A stretch of DNA of 64,000 bases from a virus (IMGVR_UViG_3300048893_000079:1-64000), one strand, 5' to 3'. Positions 33,808 to 43,520 are shown, counted from the stretch's first letter. Made by a program: numbers and translations. The notes: generated from the sequence alone by a model not told the origin.

Positions 33808-33986
33808 TGCCTCTGCCAGCCTCCAATTCCACGAAAGCAGGAAAGCGCGCAAACGCCAAATTCGTCATGCACGAATTCAAGGGCGGCCATCTGCATTCGG
33901 GCAAGAAGAACGGCCCGGTCGTGAAGGACCGCAAGCAAGCCATCGCGATTATGCTGTCCGAAACCGGTCAGTCCAAGCAGAGTTGA
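33807..33986 (+). CDS. DUF6496-like small basic protein (59 aa)
   Basis: hand translation: VMHEFKGGHLHSG...VKDRKQAIAIMLSE. Confidence 0.75.
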   Translation: MPLPASNSTKAGKRANAKFVMHEFKGGHLHSGKKNGPVVKDRKQAIAIMLSETGQSKQS

Positions 33987-34011
33987 CAAGCGTTCCCCGT
34001 AGCCCCACAAT
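33983..34011 (+). promoter_or_regulatory. promoter TTGACA-N17-CACAAT (CCCCACAAT)
   Basis: upstream of 34039 gene. Confidence 0.65.
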
Positions 34012-34038
34012 CCACGTCGCCCAACAGGAGTACCACCA

Positions 34039-34401
34039 ATGGCCCAGTTTACATTCCTCGTCTCCGTCTCGCAGCCCCAGTTGGGCGCGCGCCTGATTAA
34101 CGGTGTTGTCGCTTGCCTCGTGAACGCGTCCAGCGCCTCGAATGCAAAGACCAACGCCGCTCTCGCATGCAACGCCGCGTTCGCAAATGAGTTCCCGCAG
34201 ACGGATGACACGGAGAAGGAATTCTTCGACGCCGGTTCGGTGCTCTTCCCCGCGACCTATTTCGATACGGCGGTTGCCGTGTCTGCCTCTGCCGGTGTTC
34301 CGGCGTCGGGCGATGGTTCGGTCGCAGGCGACGCCTATGTGATCCCTGAGCCTGCCGTCGCGCCGGTTTATGTCGATCACACGAAGTACACTCCGGTCTA
34401 A
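34039..34401 (+). CDS. virion structural protein
   Basis: AGGAG RBS; own promoter; Ala-rich. Confidence 0.75.
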   Translation: MAQFTFLVSVSQPQLGARLINGVVACLVNASSASNAKTNAALACNAAFANEFPQTDDTEKEFFDAGSVLFPATYFDTAVAVSASAGVPASGDGSVAGDAYVIPEPAVAPVYVDHTKYTPV

Positions 34402-34494
34402 GCCTGAGTTTCAGCCTGTTGCGCTTCAACCCCTGCGGTCCTGGTCAAACGGGATCGCGGGGGTTATGCTTTTGAGCAAACGGAGCAGAGCCCC

Positions 34495-35523
34495 ATGGTC
34501 GCACCCGCATTCATGATCGTCGAAGACGGAACGGCCCGCGTTGATTCGAACGCCTATTGGGACTTGGACTCGATCACCGCGTACCTCACCAACAAGGGCG
34601 TTCTCGATTGGGAGAACTACACTGCGAACGAGCAGGCCCGCGCCACGATCTCCGCTACCATGTATATCGAGAAGCGTTTCCGCAATCGCTTCCGTGGTCT
34701 TCGTCAGCAAGTCGAGCAGGCGCTCGGCTGGCCGCGCATCGGTGCGTTTGACAACGATAGCTATCTCCTGACCGGCGTGCCGTTTCAAGTCCGTTGGGCT
34801 TGCGCAGAATATGCGATCCGCGCCGCGCGCCTCGGTGTGTTGGCGCCGGACCCGATCCGCTCGGTCCCCACGCAAGACCTCTCGATCTCGCAGCCGGGTC
34901 TCACGGCGGGCACGGCCACGTTTACGCCTTCGGCAAATCTCGCAGACGGAGACGTTCTTGCTATCGGCACTCGTAAGTACACGATGCAGACCGTGCTCAC
35001 GTTGACGGACGGTCATGTGCTGCTCGGAGGCACGGTTGCCGAGACGCTGCTCAATATCGCAAACGCGATCAACGATAACGGCGGCGGCACGCCGGACACC
35101 GACTATCACGTCACGCAGTCCGATCCTAATGTGACTGCTGTTGCCACTCTGACGACGCTTGTCGTCTCGGACGTGAACGCGAATGCGAATAGCATCGCGG
35201 TGGCCTACGCGCCGTTCGGCTCTTCGCATGGCACTTGGGGTGCAGGCGTCACGAGCCTGTCCGGCTATTCGAACAATCCTCCGACGCTCGATCTCGTGGT
35301 CGGTCCGGTTCGCAGCAAGACCGAGAAGGTCGGCCCGCTCGAAGAGCAGACCACGTACGACGGATATTCGGCGCTCGCGATCCGCGACAAGGACACTTCG
35401 CGTTCAGTGCAGTCGAACATCGTGAATGATTTCTATCTGCCGGAATATCCTGAAGCCGATCTCTGGCTTGAGATGGTCCTGCGCAACGCTTCTTCGGGAA
35501 CACGCATGGTTCGAGGGTCGTAA
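34495..35523 (+). CDS. head-tail adaptor (DnaT-like family) with ~120-aa insertion
   Basis: IVEDGT...SNAY...QALGWPR...C-terminal KTEKVGPLE..YPEADLWL. Confidence 0.85.
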   Translation: MVAPAFMIVEDGTARVDSNAYWDLDSITAYLTNKGVLDWENYTANEQARATISATMYIEKRFRNRFRGLRQQVEQALGWPRIGAFDNDSYLLTGVPFQVRWACAEYAIRAARLGVLAPDPIRSVPTQDLSISQPGLTAGTATFTPSANLADGDVLAIGTRKYTMQTVLTLTDGHVLLGGTVAETLLNIANAINDNGGGTPDTDYHVTQSDPNVTAVATLTTLVVSDVNANANSIAVAYAPFGSSHGTWGAGVTSLSGYSNNPPTLDLVVGPVRSKTEKVGPLEEQTTYDGYSALAIRDKDTSRSVQSNIVNDFYLPEYPEADLWLEMVLRNASSGTRMVRGS

Positions 35524-35524
35524 C

Positions 35525-35920
35525 ATGGCTCTCAATTATCCCAAGCTCGCCGCGACCGCTGACCGCCTGATCTCTCAGAACGGAAAGCAAGTCACGTTCA
35601 AACAGCAAACTCAGACGCCCGCCGATAATGCCAAACCGTGGCGCGGCGGCGGTGCAGGCAATGAGGCTTTGACCATCGTGGCCTTTGCCGTTGTGATCCC
35701 GAACGACGAGATCGACGACAAGGAAGCGATGCGTCGTGGTGACGCCACCGCGTACATCGCGGCATCGACGTTCGGCAACGGCAATCCGTTCGCGGCTGCT
35801 GATCTCGTCTTGATCGACACGATGATCGACGATGAAGGTTACACGTGGCACGTCCATGGTGTGAAGATCATCAATCCGGGTTCGTTGCGCGTGCTCTACA
35901 CCGCAGAACTGGAGCACTAA
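35525..35920 (+). CDS. head-tail closure/stopper protein
   Basis: Y..L.ATA.RLI..NG..VT; position. Confidence 0.75.
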   Translation: MALNYPKLAATADRLISQNGKQVTFKQQTQTPADNAKPWRGGGAGNEALTIVAFAVVIPNDEIDDKEAMRRGDATAYIAASTFGNGNPFAAADLVLIDTMIDDEGYTWHVHGVKIINPGSLRVLYTAELEH

Positions 35921-35921
35921 G

Positions 35922-36365
35922 ATGCCCTTCCAAAATATCGGCGCGATGCGCGACGCAGTTCAGAAGCACTTCAACGATGCCTGGACAGCGGCTTACACGT
36001 CCACTCCTCCGGCGCCGTTCATCGCTTGGCAGGACACCAACGCGCCGACCCCCAAGGACAGCGAGTCGTGGGTCCGCTTCATGTGGAAGCATAAGGTTGG
36101 CTTTCAGGCGACCATCAACACCCCCGGAAACCGCCGTTTCCGAGACAAAGGCACCCTGACCATCGAAGTCCGCTCGCCGACCGGTGGCGGGTTGACAGAT
36201 TCAGACACCATGGTCAACAATGTGCAGGCTATCTTTGAGGGCCAGAACGTCGGCGGCACAGATGGGGTGATCTTTCGAAATGTCACTCCCGTTGAATTCG
36301 GCCACGACGGTACTTGGTTCCTCGTGAACGTGAATGTGGATTTCGAGTACGACCGTATTCGGTAA
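35922..36365 (+). CDS. tail terminator protein
   Basis: IAW.....P......WVRF...G......V..P.G.G; position. Confidence 0.75.
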   Translation: MPFQNIGAMRDAVQKHFNDAWTAAYTSTPPAPFIAWQDTNAPTPKDSESWVRFMWKHKVGFQATINTPGNRRFRDKGTLTIEVRSPTGGGLTDSDTMVNNVQAIFEGQNVGGTDGVIFRNVTPVEFGHDGTWFLVNVNVDFEYDRIR

Positions 36366-36378
36366 TTAGGAGACTGGC

Positions 36379-38337
36379 ATGACCAACCTCGTCAAGAAAT
36401 TGGACTCGAACGTCACCGGCCTCCGTTATGCGGAAGAGACCACCATCGGAGTTCTGCCCGTCGCCTCCAGCCAAATTTGGTATCCTCTTGAGCCGAACAC
36501 GTACAACGATTTTGGTGCGAACACCAAGACTGTCGCCCGCATGCCGATCAACCCTTCGCGTCAGTTGCGCAAGGGTGTGTTGACTGACCTCGACCCGGCC
36601 GCCGGTTTCTCCAACGACTTGACGCAGGATGGTCTCACTCGTTTGCTCCAGGGCTTCTTCGTCGCGAACCTTCGCGAGCCGGAAGATTCCCAGTCGTTCA
36701 ACAACAACACCACGCCCATCGCATCGGTCGTGCATTCTTCGCACGAGTACACCGTCACGAACAACAATGTGTTCGGTTCGCTCGCTGCCAACGATTTGCT
36801 CTCCGCAAGTAAGTTCGCCAATTCGCAGAACAACGGCCTGAAGGTTGTGACATCCACGTCAGGCGGTTCCGCTGCCGTCGCGGCCACCAACACGCTTGTG
36901 TCCTCGGCCAACTATGCGGCCGGTGAGACCGTCACAATAGGCGGGTTCACGTACACCTTCCGCGCCTCGGTTGCCGTCGCGTACGAAGTTCTTGTCGGCG
37001 GTTCAGAAGCCGCGTCGATGTTGAACCTCCATAACGCGATCAACGCATCTGGCGGCGTCCCCGGAACGGACTATAGCGTCCCGGCTCAGAACCCGTACGT
37101 TTCCGCGACGGACGATGCCACGCACACCATCACTGTGACGGCGCGCGTTGCCGGTGCTTCCGAGAATAGCGTTGGCACGACCGAGACCGCATCGAATGCG
37201 GCCTGGACGACCACGACTCTTGCCGGTGGTTCGGACGCGACTGCGACGACCATTGTTGTCACGGACACGAATGTCGTGGACGAGACCCCGACTTCCGCTG
37301 CTCGCTTGGAGCAAGTTGGCCGTCAGGGCGCGTCCGGCGATCTCACGATCACCAATGACAGCGTGAACTTCCCGCACATGGACGCGACGGTTCTCGACTT
37401 CACCACGCTGCCGCTCATTGCCGGTCAGTGGATTTGGATCGGCGGCGACGTTACCAACAGCGCGTTCGCGACTGCTGCGAACAACGGTTGGGCGCGTATC
37501 CGCTCCATCGTCACGCATCGCCTGACGTTCGATAAGACTTCGAGCGAGATGGTCACGGATAACGGCGCTGGCAAGACTGTGCAGTTCTTCTTCGGCAAGG
37601 TGCTTCGCAACGAAGCGACGCCCGCCATTCAGAAGCGCCGCACGTACACCATGGAGCGCACGCTCGGCAATCCCGACAGCGACAACCCCACGAAGCCGCA
37701 AGCCGAATACATCATGGGCGCGGTCCCGAACGAGATCACGTTCAACATGACGACGGCCGAAAAGGTCACGCTCGACATGACGTTCCTCGGAACGGACTAC
37801 ACGACCATCGACACGACCGGCACCATCCTGTCGGAAGCGATTGGCGCCACGGCTCCGACCATCGTTTCGGAAGACGCGTTCAATACGACCTCGCACGTTG
37901 TCCGCGCGAAGATGTCGGTCCTGAGTGACACTGACTCGGCCCCGACCTCGCTGTTCGCGGAAGTGACCGAATTGAAGTTCTCGGTCAAGAACAACGACAA
38001 GGCCAACAAGGCGATTGGCAAGCTTGGCCCGTTCGAGATCACCTTCGGCTTCTTCGAGGGTTCGGGCTCGGTGCAGGCTTACTTCGACCAAGTTGCCTCG
38101 GTGCAGGCCGTGCGCACGAACGCCGATGTGTCCATCGACTTTGCGATGGCCAAGAACAACCAGGGCATCCTGTTTGACTTGCCGTTGCTCACGCTGAACA
38201 CGAAGGGCTTGGACGTGAAGATCAACGAGCCGATCATGTTGCCGATCAACATGACCATGGGCGCGGACCGCAACTTCGATCACACGATGTTGATGGAGTT
38301 CTTTGACTATCTGCCGGACCTCGCGATGCCTGTCTAA
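36379..38337 (+). CDS. major tail tube protein with inserted shared module
   Basis: SN.TGLRYAEE.T.G...LEPN.Y.DFG; 652 aa; precedes chaperones. Confidence 0.88.
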   Translation: MTNLVKKLDSNVTGLRYAEETTIGVLPVASSQIWYPLEPNTYNDFGANTKTVARMPINPSRQLRKGVLTDLDPAAGFSNDLTQDGLTRLLQGFFVANLREPEDSQSFNNNTTPIASVVHSSHEYTVTNNNVFGSLAANDLLSASKFANSQNNGLKVVTSTSGGSAAVAATNTLVSSANYAAGETVTIGGFTYTFRASVAVAYEVLVGGSEAASMLNLHNAINASGGVPGTDYSVPAQNPYVSATDDATHTITVTARVAGASENSVGTTETASNAAWTTTTLAGGSDATATTIVVTDTNVVDETPTSAARLEQVGRQGASGDLTITNDSVNFPHMDATVLDFTTLPLIAGQWIWIGGDVTNSAFATAANNGWARIRSIVTHRLTFDKTSSEMVTDNGAGKTVQFFFGKVLRNEATPAIQKRRTYTMERTLGNPDSDNPTKPQAEYIMGAVPNEITFNMTTAEKVTLDMTFLGTDYTTIDTTGTILSEAIGATAPTIVSEDAFNTTSHVVRAKMSVLSDTDSAPTSLFAEVTELKFSVKNNDKANKAIGKLGPFEITFGFFEGSGSVQAYFDQVASVQAVRTNADVSIDFAMAKNNQGILFDLPLLTLNTKGLDVKINEPIMLPINMTMGADRNFDHTMLMEFFDYLPDLAMPV

Positions 38338-38398
38338 GCATCGCGGGTCGGTTTCTCAAAAGCATCGAGGGTCGGTGCTGTAACGCGGAGTGAATGCA

Positions 38399-38836
38399 AT
38401 GAGCAAGCTGTACGACAACTATCAGACTGACAAAGCCGCCGAATTGAACGGCGTCTGGATCGACGACTCTGGCGCGAGCTTCAAGCTGGCGCGCATGGGT
38501 GGCGCCAACACGAAGTTTCAGAAAGCCATGACGGCGGCAATGAAGCCGTACATGCGCGAAATTCAGTTGGGCGTCATCGACGATGCGGCGCTCGATCCGA
38601 TTCTGCGCAAGGTCTTCATCGACACCATTCTCGTCGATTGGAAGTGGACCGACGAAGACGGCACTGTGCATGAGCACGAGATTCCCGGTGCCGATGATAT
38701 GCCGGTGGCCTTCAGTTCGGACGCGGCTGTGAAGCTGTTCGCCGACTTGCCGGACCTCTACTCGCGTCTTCGCACGGAAGCACAGAGCTACGCGAACTTC
38801 CGCGCCTCGACGCTCGCTGTCGCCGCAAAAAACTAA
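38399..38836 (+). CDS. tail assembly chaperone G
   Basis: Y.TD...E.NGVW, LARMGG.N..F; slippery site at 3' end. Confidence 0.85.
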   Translation: MSKLYDNYQTDKAAELNGVWIDDSGASFKLARMGGANTKFQKAMTAAMKPYMREIQLGVIDDAALDPILRKVFIDTILVDWKWTDEDGTVHEHEIPGADDMPVAFSSDAAVKLFADLPDLYSRLRTEAQSYANFRASTLAVAAKN

Positions 38837-39186
38837 CATCGGTCCTGCTCTATGAGTTGGAGCAAGGACCGCTTGAAGAGACCCTGATCCGACGCGCACG
38901 GGCCGAACGCAAGCCCGTGCCGTCGAAGATCGCAGGCGCCCCGCGACTGTTGCCGGGCCTTGGGTTCTACTTCAACGCGTTCCTCGCGCTGTCTTCCTGC
39001 CGCCCGATTGGCATGGGGGAGGGCCGTATTCCGTGGCATTCGGCCTACCAGTACGCCCAAGCCCTTGAACTCGATTCCGAGGAGTTCGAGGATTTGTGGG
39101 TTCTTGTCAGTTTCATGGATGCCGCGTATCTTAAATTCCGAGCAGCCCAGGCCGACGCAGGCCGGAAAAAGCCAACAATGGACTAA
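38827..39186 (+). CDS. tail chaperone GT extension via -1 frameshift at A AAA AAC
   Basis: heptamer 38827-38833 before TAA; -1 frame open to 39186. Confidence 0.8.
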   Translation, partial: KKLTSVLLYELEQGPLEETLIRRARAERKPVPSKIAGAPRLLPGLGFYFNAFLALSSCRPIGMGEGRIPWHSAYQYAQALELDSEEFEDLWVLVSFMDAAYLKFRAAQADAGRKKPTMD

Positions 39187-39197
39187 GGATACGGCCC

Positions 39198-39530
39198 ATG
39201 GGCATCCACCTTTTCGAAGATACGCCGGAAGTGATCGACGAGAACGTGAAGCGCATGCAACGCGCGATCTCGCTCGTGGTCCAAAAGGCTGCGCTGGCTG
39301 GCGGTAGTTACCTCGCCGAAGAGACCCCGGTCGATACCGGCGTCGCCCGCTCGAACTGGGTCATGACCATTGATGCCCCCTTTCCCGGTCTGCTGCCCGC
39401 CTACGTGCCTTACCCGTCCTACCGCGACAGTCATCACTCCATGGTCAAGACGGCTGTGGTGCGCATCCCTGGCCGTCGTGTGACCGCTCGTGGCTTCCGC
39501 CCCGGCTCGTTCAACGCGGGGAGCCCGTAA
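39198..39530 (+). CDS. HK97 gp10-like tail completion protein, N-terminal half
   Basis: TPVDTGVARSNW. Confidence 0.75.
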   Translation: MGIHLFEDTPEVIDENVKRMQRAISLVVQKAALAGGSYLAEETPVDTGVARSNWVMTIDAPFPGLLPAYVPYPSYRDSHHSMVKTAVVRIPGRRVTARGFRPGSFNAGSP

Positions 39531-39886
39531 TGGCTGTGCTGCGATTCTCAGGAGCCCACGTGAACCGTTCCGGTCGCCCCGGAGCCTTCCGCACGGCTGG
39601 AGGCACGCACATCCCGGCCGGAGCGCCGGGCGTCAAGATCGAGCAGGCTATGGGCCGCAAGCAGGAGACGGCCAATCTCGATGCCGTTCGCTTTCAGCAC
39701 AATGTCGTTGCGCGTGAATTCGACTCGTACGAGCATGACGCGATCTACATCACGAACAACACTCCGCACATCGAACGGCTGAACGAGGGCTGGTCCGCAC
39801 AAACTTCTGCGGGCTTCTTCGAGCGCGCGCTTCAGATTGCGCGTAAGTCCATCGTCGGCACGTGGCGCCTGAAGGAGACCCTGTAA
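39530..39886 (+). CDS. HK97 gp10-like tail completion protein, C-terminal half
   Basis: IYITNNTPHIERLNEGWSAQ..AGF; own GGGAG RBS; TAATG overlap. Confidence 0.75.
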   Translation: MAVLRFSGAHVNRSGRPGAFRTAGGTHIPAGAPGVKIEQAMGRKQETANLDAVRFQHNVVAREFDSYEHDAIYITNNTPHIERLNEGWSAQTSAGFFERALQIARKSIVGTWRLKETL

Positions 39887-42882
39887 TGGTTTCCGAAACA
39901 CTCGAACTTATTATCCGCACTACCGGTGCGGGTGCAGCCGCCAGCGAGATCAACGCTATCGGTGCGAACGCGCGTACGGCCACGTCGAGCTTGAACGCGA
40001 TGAACGAGTCTCTTGCGTTCATGCGCAAAACTCTCGTCGCGTTGTCGTTCTTGCGCGTCTTCGAAGGAATCGCGGCTGGCATTAGCGCGGCGCAGGGAAT
40101 GAACAATCAGTTGACGCAGATCGCGCGCACGGCGGCTGACGTGCCGAAGGCGTTCGCTATGTTTGCCAATATCGCGACCGCAGTCCACGCGCCTGTCGAA
40201 TCGGTGATCGGCCTCGGCGTGCAAATCGCTCGATCCAGCGCGTCGGCCAAGCTCGGTGCTCAGGAGATCGGCCAAGCGGTGCAGACCATCTTCAATACGT
40301 TCCGCTTGAACGGGTCTGATCCGGCGACCATCTCGAACGTCACGAAGGACTTGAAGGAAATCTTCTCGCTCGGAGTCGTGCAAGGCCGTCAGTTCCGCGC
40401 GGTCATTTTGCAGGACCAAGCCGAAGCGTTGCTGTTGGCGAAGCACATCCACGCGACCGGAATTGACGCGAAGACTGTCAACAAGGAATTGGATGACATC
40501 CGCGCGAAGGGATTGCTCCCTGACATTTACGAAACTGCGATGAAGCACAAGGGCGCCTTCCGTGGTGCGGACGTGTTGAACGCGAACATCGAGGGCACCG
40601 CCGACACGAACAAGAAGGTCGCGCAGTTGCCGACCACGCTCTCGCAAGCGTTCACCGACTTCTATACGAAGTGGATTCTGTTTCTGAATTCGCTGTCGAA
40701 TAGCGGTGCGTTCACTCCGCTCGTGAACTTCGTTGAGTTCCTGGCCAACAATCTGCCGACTATCGCGCTCCTGGTCCTGACGGTCGGCGCTGCATTCGCG
40801 ACGTGGTACGGCATCTCGACAGCGATCTCGCTTCTGCAAAAGTTCTTCCTGCTCGTCACGTCGGAGGCTGGTCTCCTTGTGCTGCCTCTGCTTCTGTTCG
40901 GCGCAGTGCTCGCGGCGGTCTTCGGTCCGCAGCTTGCCAAAGCCGCGCAGTCGATGGGTGGCTGGACCGAGCTTATCATTCGCACGCTCTCGATCACCAT
41001 CGCTATCATCGAGACTTTGTTCGGCAACATGGGGACGGTTGTTATGAACACGTTCTTCGTCATCGGCGAAGGCGTCATCTCTGCGTTCCAGTTCGTCGTC
41101 AACAAGATCATCGAAGGCATCAACTTCCTGAGCACGAAGCTGAACTCGATCTTGCCGAAGGGTTTGCAGTTGGGACAGATCGGCTCGGTTGATTTCGGCC
41201 CGATGAACAATCCGTATTCCGGTAAGTTGCAGGACGACTTCAAAAAGAATTTGGTCAGCACGTATGCCTTCATGGAGAAAAACTTCGGTGCCAAGAAGGA
41301 AGCCGGAGCGCCTGAGTTCGTGAAGCCGCCGGGTGGCGAAGACGCCAATGGACTGACCGGAACGGCCAATGCCGCGAGGAAGGCGCGCGATGCGATCCAA
41401 GAACTTCAGAACATGCTATCGCAGTTCGCCGGTCCGGCTGTGAAGTTCCAGGACGACATCGACAAGATCAAGACGAAGATCATCGACCTCACGACCGCGA
41501 CTAAGGACGCCAAGGGTCACACCATCGCGCCGGTTCTGACGGAGACGCAAGTCGCATTGGCTTTCGCGAAGGCGGGCTTCAACGATTACAACAAGGTCAC
41601 GCACGAATCGGAGGGCTACAATCAGGCGCTCCTCCGTTCGCTCATGGGCTTGAAGAACACGGACATCGACCTCAAGAACGCAACCGATCTCGCGACGTTG
41701 GCGTTGCAGCATCACGCCGTCAGCGCCGATCAGGCCGCCGAGTACATCCGCAAGGTCACGGTCGCGAACGAGCTTTACAATCTGTCGCTGCTGAAGACGG
41801 CCGATGCCGGTCGCCAGATCGCGATCATCAAGTTCAACGAGAACAAGGACACGCCTGCGAAGATCGCGGAAGACATCACGACCAAGGCGCTGAAGACGAA
41901 CCAAGAGGGCAACCTCGACACGTACAACATTCAACTCAGCCAGTTGAACCAGCTTATCCACGACGGCACGATCTCGAACGAAGCCTACGTGAAGTCCGTC
42001 ATGGACATCCAGCAGGCATATCTCTCGACGAAGACCGATGCGATGTCCGGCTTCCAGCGCGGCTTGCTCGATGTGCAGAAGACGATGTTCGACGTGTCCG
42101 GCGACGCGGCGAAGGTTATGACCGATGCGTTCAACGGACTGAACGATGCGCTCGTGAACTTCGCGACAACTGGCAAGATCGACTTCCGTTCGATGGCAAC
42201 GTCGATCCTGAAGGACATGGACAGCCTTATCATCAAGACGGCGATCATGCAGCCGCTAATGAGTTTCCTCGGTCTCGCGCCTGGACAGGGCGGCGGCCTG
42301 CCCGGTAGCCCTGCTGGTGGCGGTGGATTTCTCAGCAACATCTTCGGCAGCATGTTCAGCGGCGCGGCCGGTGGCGGCCTGGGCTCGTCCGCGATGAACC
42401 CGATGTGGGTGACGATGGGCGGCCTTCCCGGTATTCCCGGTCTCAGTGGTGGCTCAGGCGGCGGTGGACTGTTCTCCGGCGGCGGGCTCTCCAGCCTGTT
42501 CGACAAGGGCGGCTTTATCTCGAACCTCTTCAACGGCGGCGGCGGTGCGGGCACCGCATCGAGCGGCATCCTTTCGATGTTCAGTGACATCGGTAGCTTC
42601 CTCGGTTTCAAGGACGGTGCGGACTTCCAAGTCGGCGGCGTCGGCGGAGCGGACAGCCAGCTTATCGCTTTCCGCGCATCGCCGGACGAGCGCGTCACCG
42701 TGCAGACGCCGGAGCAGCAACGCCGAGCGCAACGTGCGCAGGCGAGCGGCACCGACATGGGTGGCCTACATCTGCACTTGCACGGTGTCACGGATTACGA
42801 CAGCTTCAAGAAATCGAAGTCACAAATCGCGACTGGGTTGGCGCAGATCACAAGCCGCTCGGTTCGTAGGAACGGACACTAA
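39886..42882 (+). CDS. tail tape measure protein
   Basis: about 1000 aa, helical, central hydrophobic stretch, Gly-rich C-terminus. Confidence 0.92.
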   Translation: MVSETLELIIRTTGAGAAASEINAIGANARTATSSLNAMNESLAFMRKTLVALSFLRVFEGIAAGISAAQGMNNQLTQIARTAADVPKAFAMFANIATAVHAPVESVIGLGVQIARSSASAKLGAQEIGQAVQTIFNTFRLNGSDPATISNVTKDLKEIFSLGVVQGRQFRAVILQDQAEALLLAKHIHATGIDAKTVNKELDDIRAKGLLPDIYETAMKHKGAFRGADVLNANIEGTADTNKKVAQLPTTLSQAFTDFYTKWILFLNSLSNSGAFTPLVNFVEFLANNLPTIALLVLTVGAAFATWYGISTAISLLQKFFLLVTSEAGLLVLPLLLFGAVLAAVFGPQLAKAAQSMGGWTELIIRTLSITIAIIETLFGNMGTVVMNTFFVIGEGVISAFQFVVNKIIEGINFLSTKLNSILPKGLQLGQIGSVDFGPMNNPYSGKLQDDFKKNLVSTYAFMEKNFGAKKEAGAPEFVKPPGGEDANGLTGTANAARKARDAIQELQNMLSQFAGPAVKFQDDIDKIKTKIIDLTTATKDAKGHTIAPVLTETQVALAFAKAGFNDYNKVTHESEGYNQALLRSLMGLKNTDIDLKNATDLATLALQHHAVSADQAAEYIRKVTVANELYNLSLLKTADAGRQIAIIKFNENKDTPAKIAEDITTKALKTNQEGNLDTYNIQLSQLNQLIHDGTISNEAYVKSVMDIQQAYLSTKTDAMSGFQRGLLDVQKTMFDVSGDAAKVMTDAFNGLNDALVNFATTGKIDFRSMATSILKDMDSLIIKTAIMQPLMSFLGLAPGQGGGLPGSPAGGGGFLSNIFGSMFSGAAGGGLGSSAMNPMWVTMGGLPGIPGLSGGSGGGGLFSGGGLSSLFDKGGFISNLFNGGGGAGTASSGILSMFSDIGSFLGFKDGADFQVGGVGGADSQLIAFRASPDERVTVQTPEQQRRAQRAQASGTDMGGLHLHLHGVTDYDSFKKSKSQIATGLAQITSRSVRRNGH

Positions 42883-43520
42883 TGACCATTCCGACATTCA
42901 TCGACACGCACTTGAACGTGGACGTTGAGCAAGGCGCGACCGGTGGTCCGTCGTTCTTGACGACGGTCATGGCTTTGTCCGGCGGTCAGGAGAAGCGCAA
43001 CATCGAATGGCAGTTCCCGCGTCAGGAGTGGGACATCAGTTTCGGCATTCAGACGGCGGCCGACTTCCAGTCGGTGCGCGATATGTTCTATAACACGTTC
43101 GGCCGCGCTATCGGGTTCCGCTTCAAGGACTGGACCGACTACACCATCGGTGATCCGGTGGACTATGTTGCCGCGTCGTCTCAGCCAATCGGTACGTTCG
43201 TTTCCGGTAACAAAATTTTCCAGATTTACAAGACCTACACAATTGGGTCTTACAGCATGATCCGAAAGATCACGCGCCCGGTGCAAGGAACGCTCAAGGT
43301 CTACATCGACAACATTCTGAAGACCGAGACGACCGACTACACTGTGGACTACACGACCGGCATCATCACGTTTGTGGCCACGCATGACACGCACACCGCA
43401 TCGGTCTCGTTGGAGTACGATGTGCCGGTTCGCTTCGACAGCGACTTGTTCAAGATGAAAGTCACTTGGGTTGACGCCATGGAGTTGCCGAGCATCGCCA
43501 TCATCGAACTCAAGGAGTAA
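42882..43520 (+). CDS. distal tail protein (DUF2460, GTA-like)
   Basis: GGP.F.T.V....GG.E.RN..W; FRFKDW.D; VRFD.D. Confidence 0.9.
   Translation: MTIPTFIDTHLNVDVEQGATGGPSFLTTVMALSGGQEKRNIEWQFPRQEWDISFGIQTAADFQSVRDMFYNTFGRAIGFRFKDWTDYTIGDPVDYVAASSQPIGTFVSGNKIFQIYKTYTIGSYSMIRKITRPVQGTLKVYIDNILKTETTDYTVDYTTGIITFVATHDTHTASVSLEYDVPVRFDSDLFKMKVTWVDAMELPSIAIIELKE

Noticed and set aside
39370-39530. Ribosomal frameshift joining the two gp10-like halves
   Set aside because: The -1 frame is open, but I found no in-frame X XXY YYZ heptamer, and the second ORF has its own RBS.
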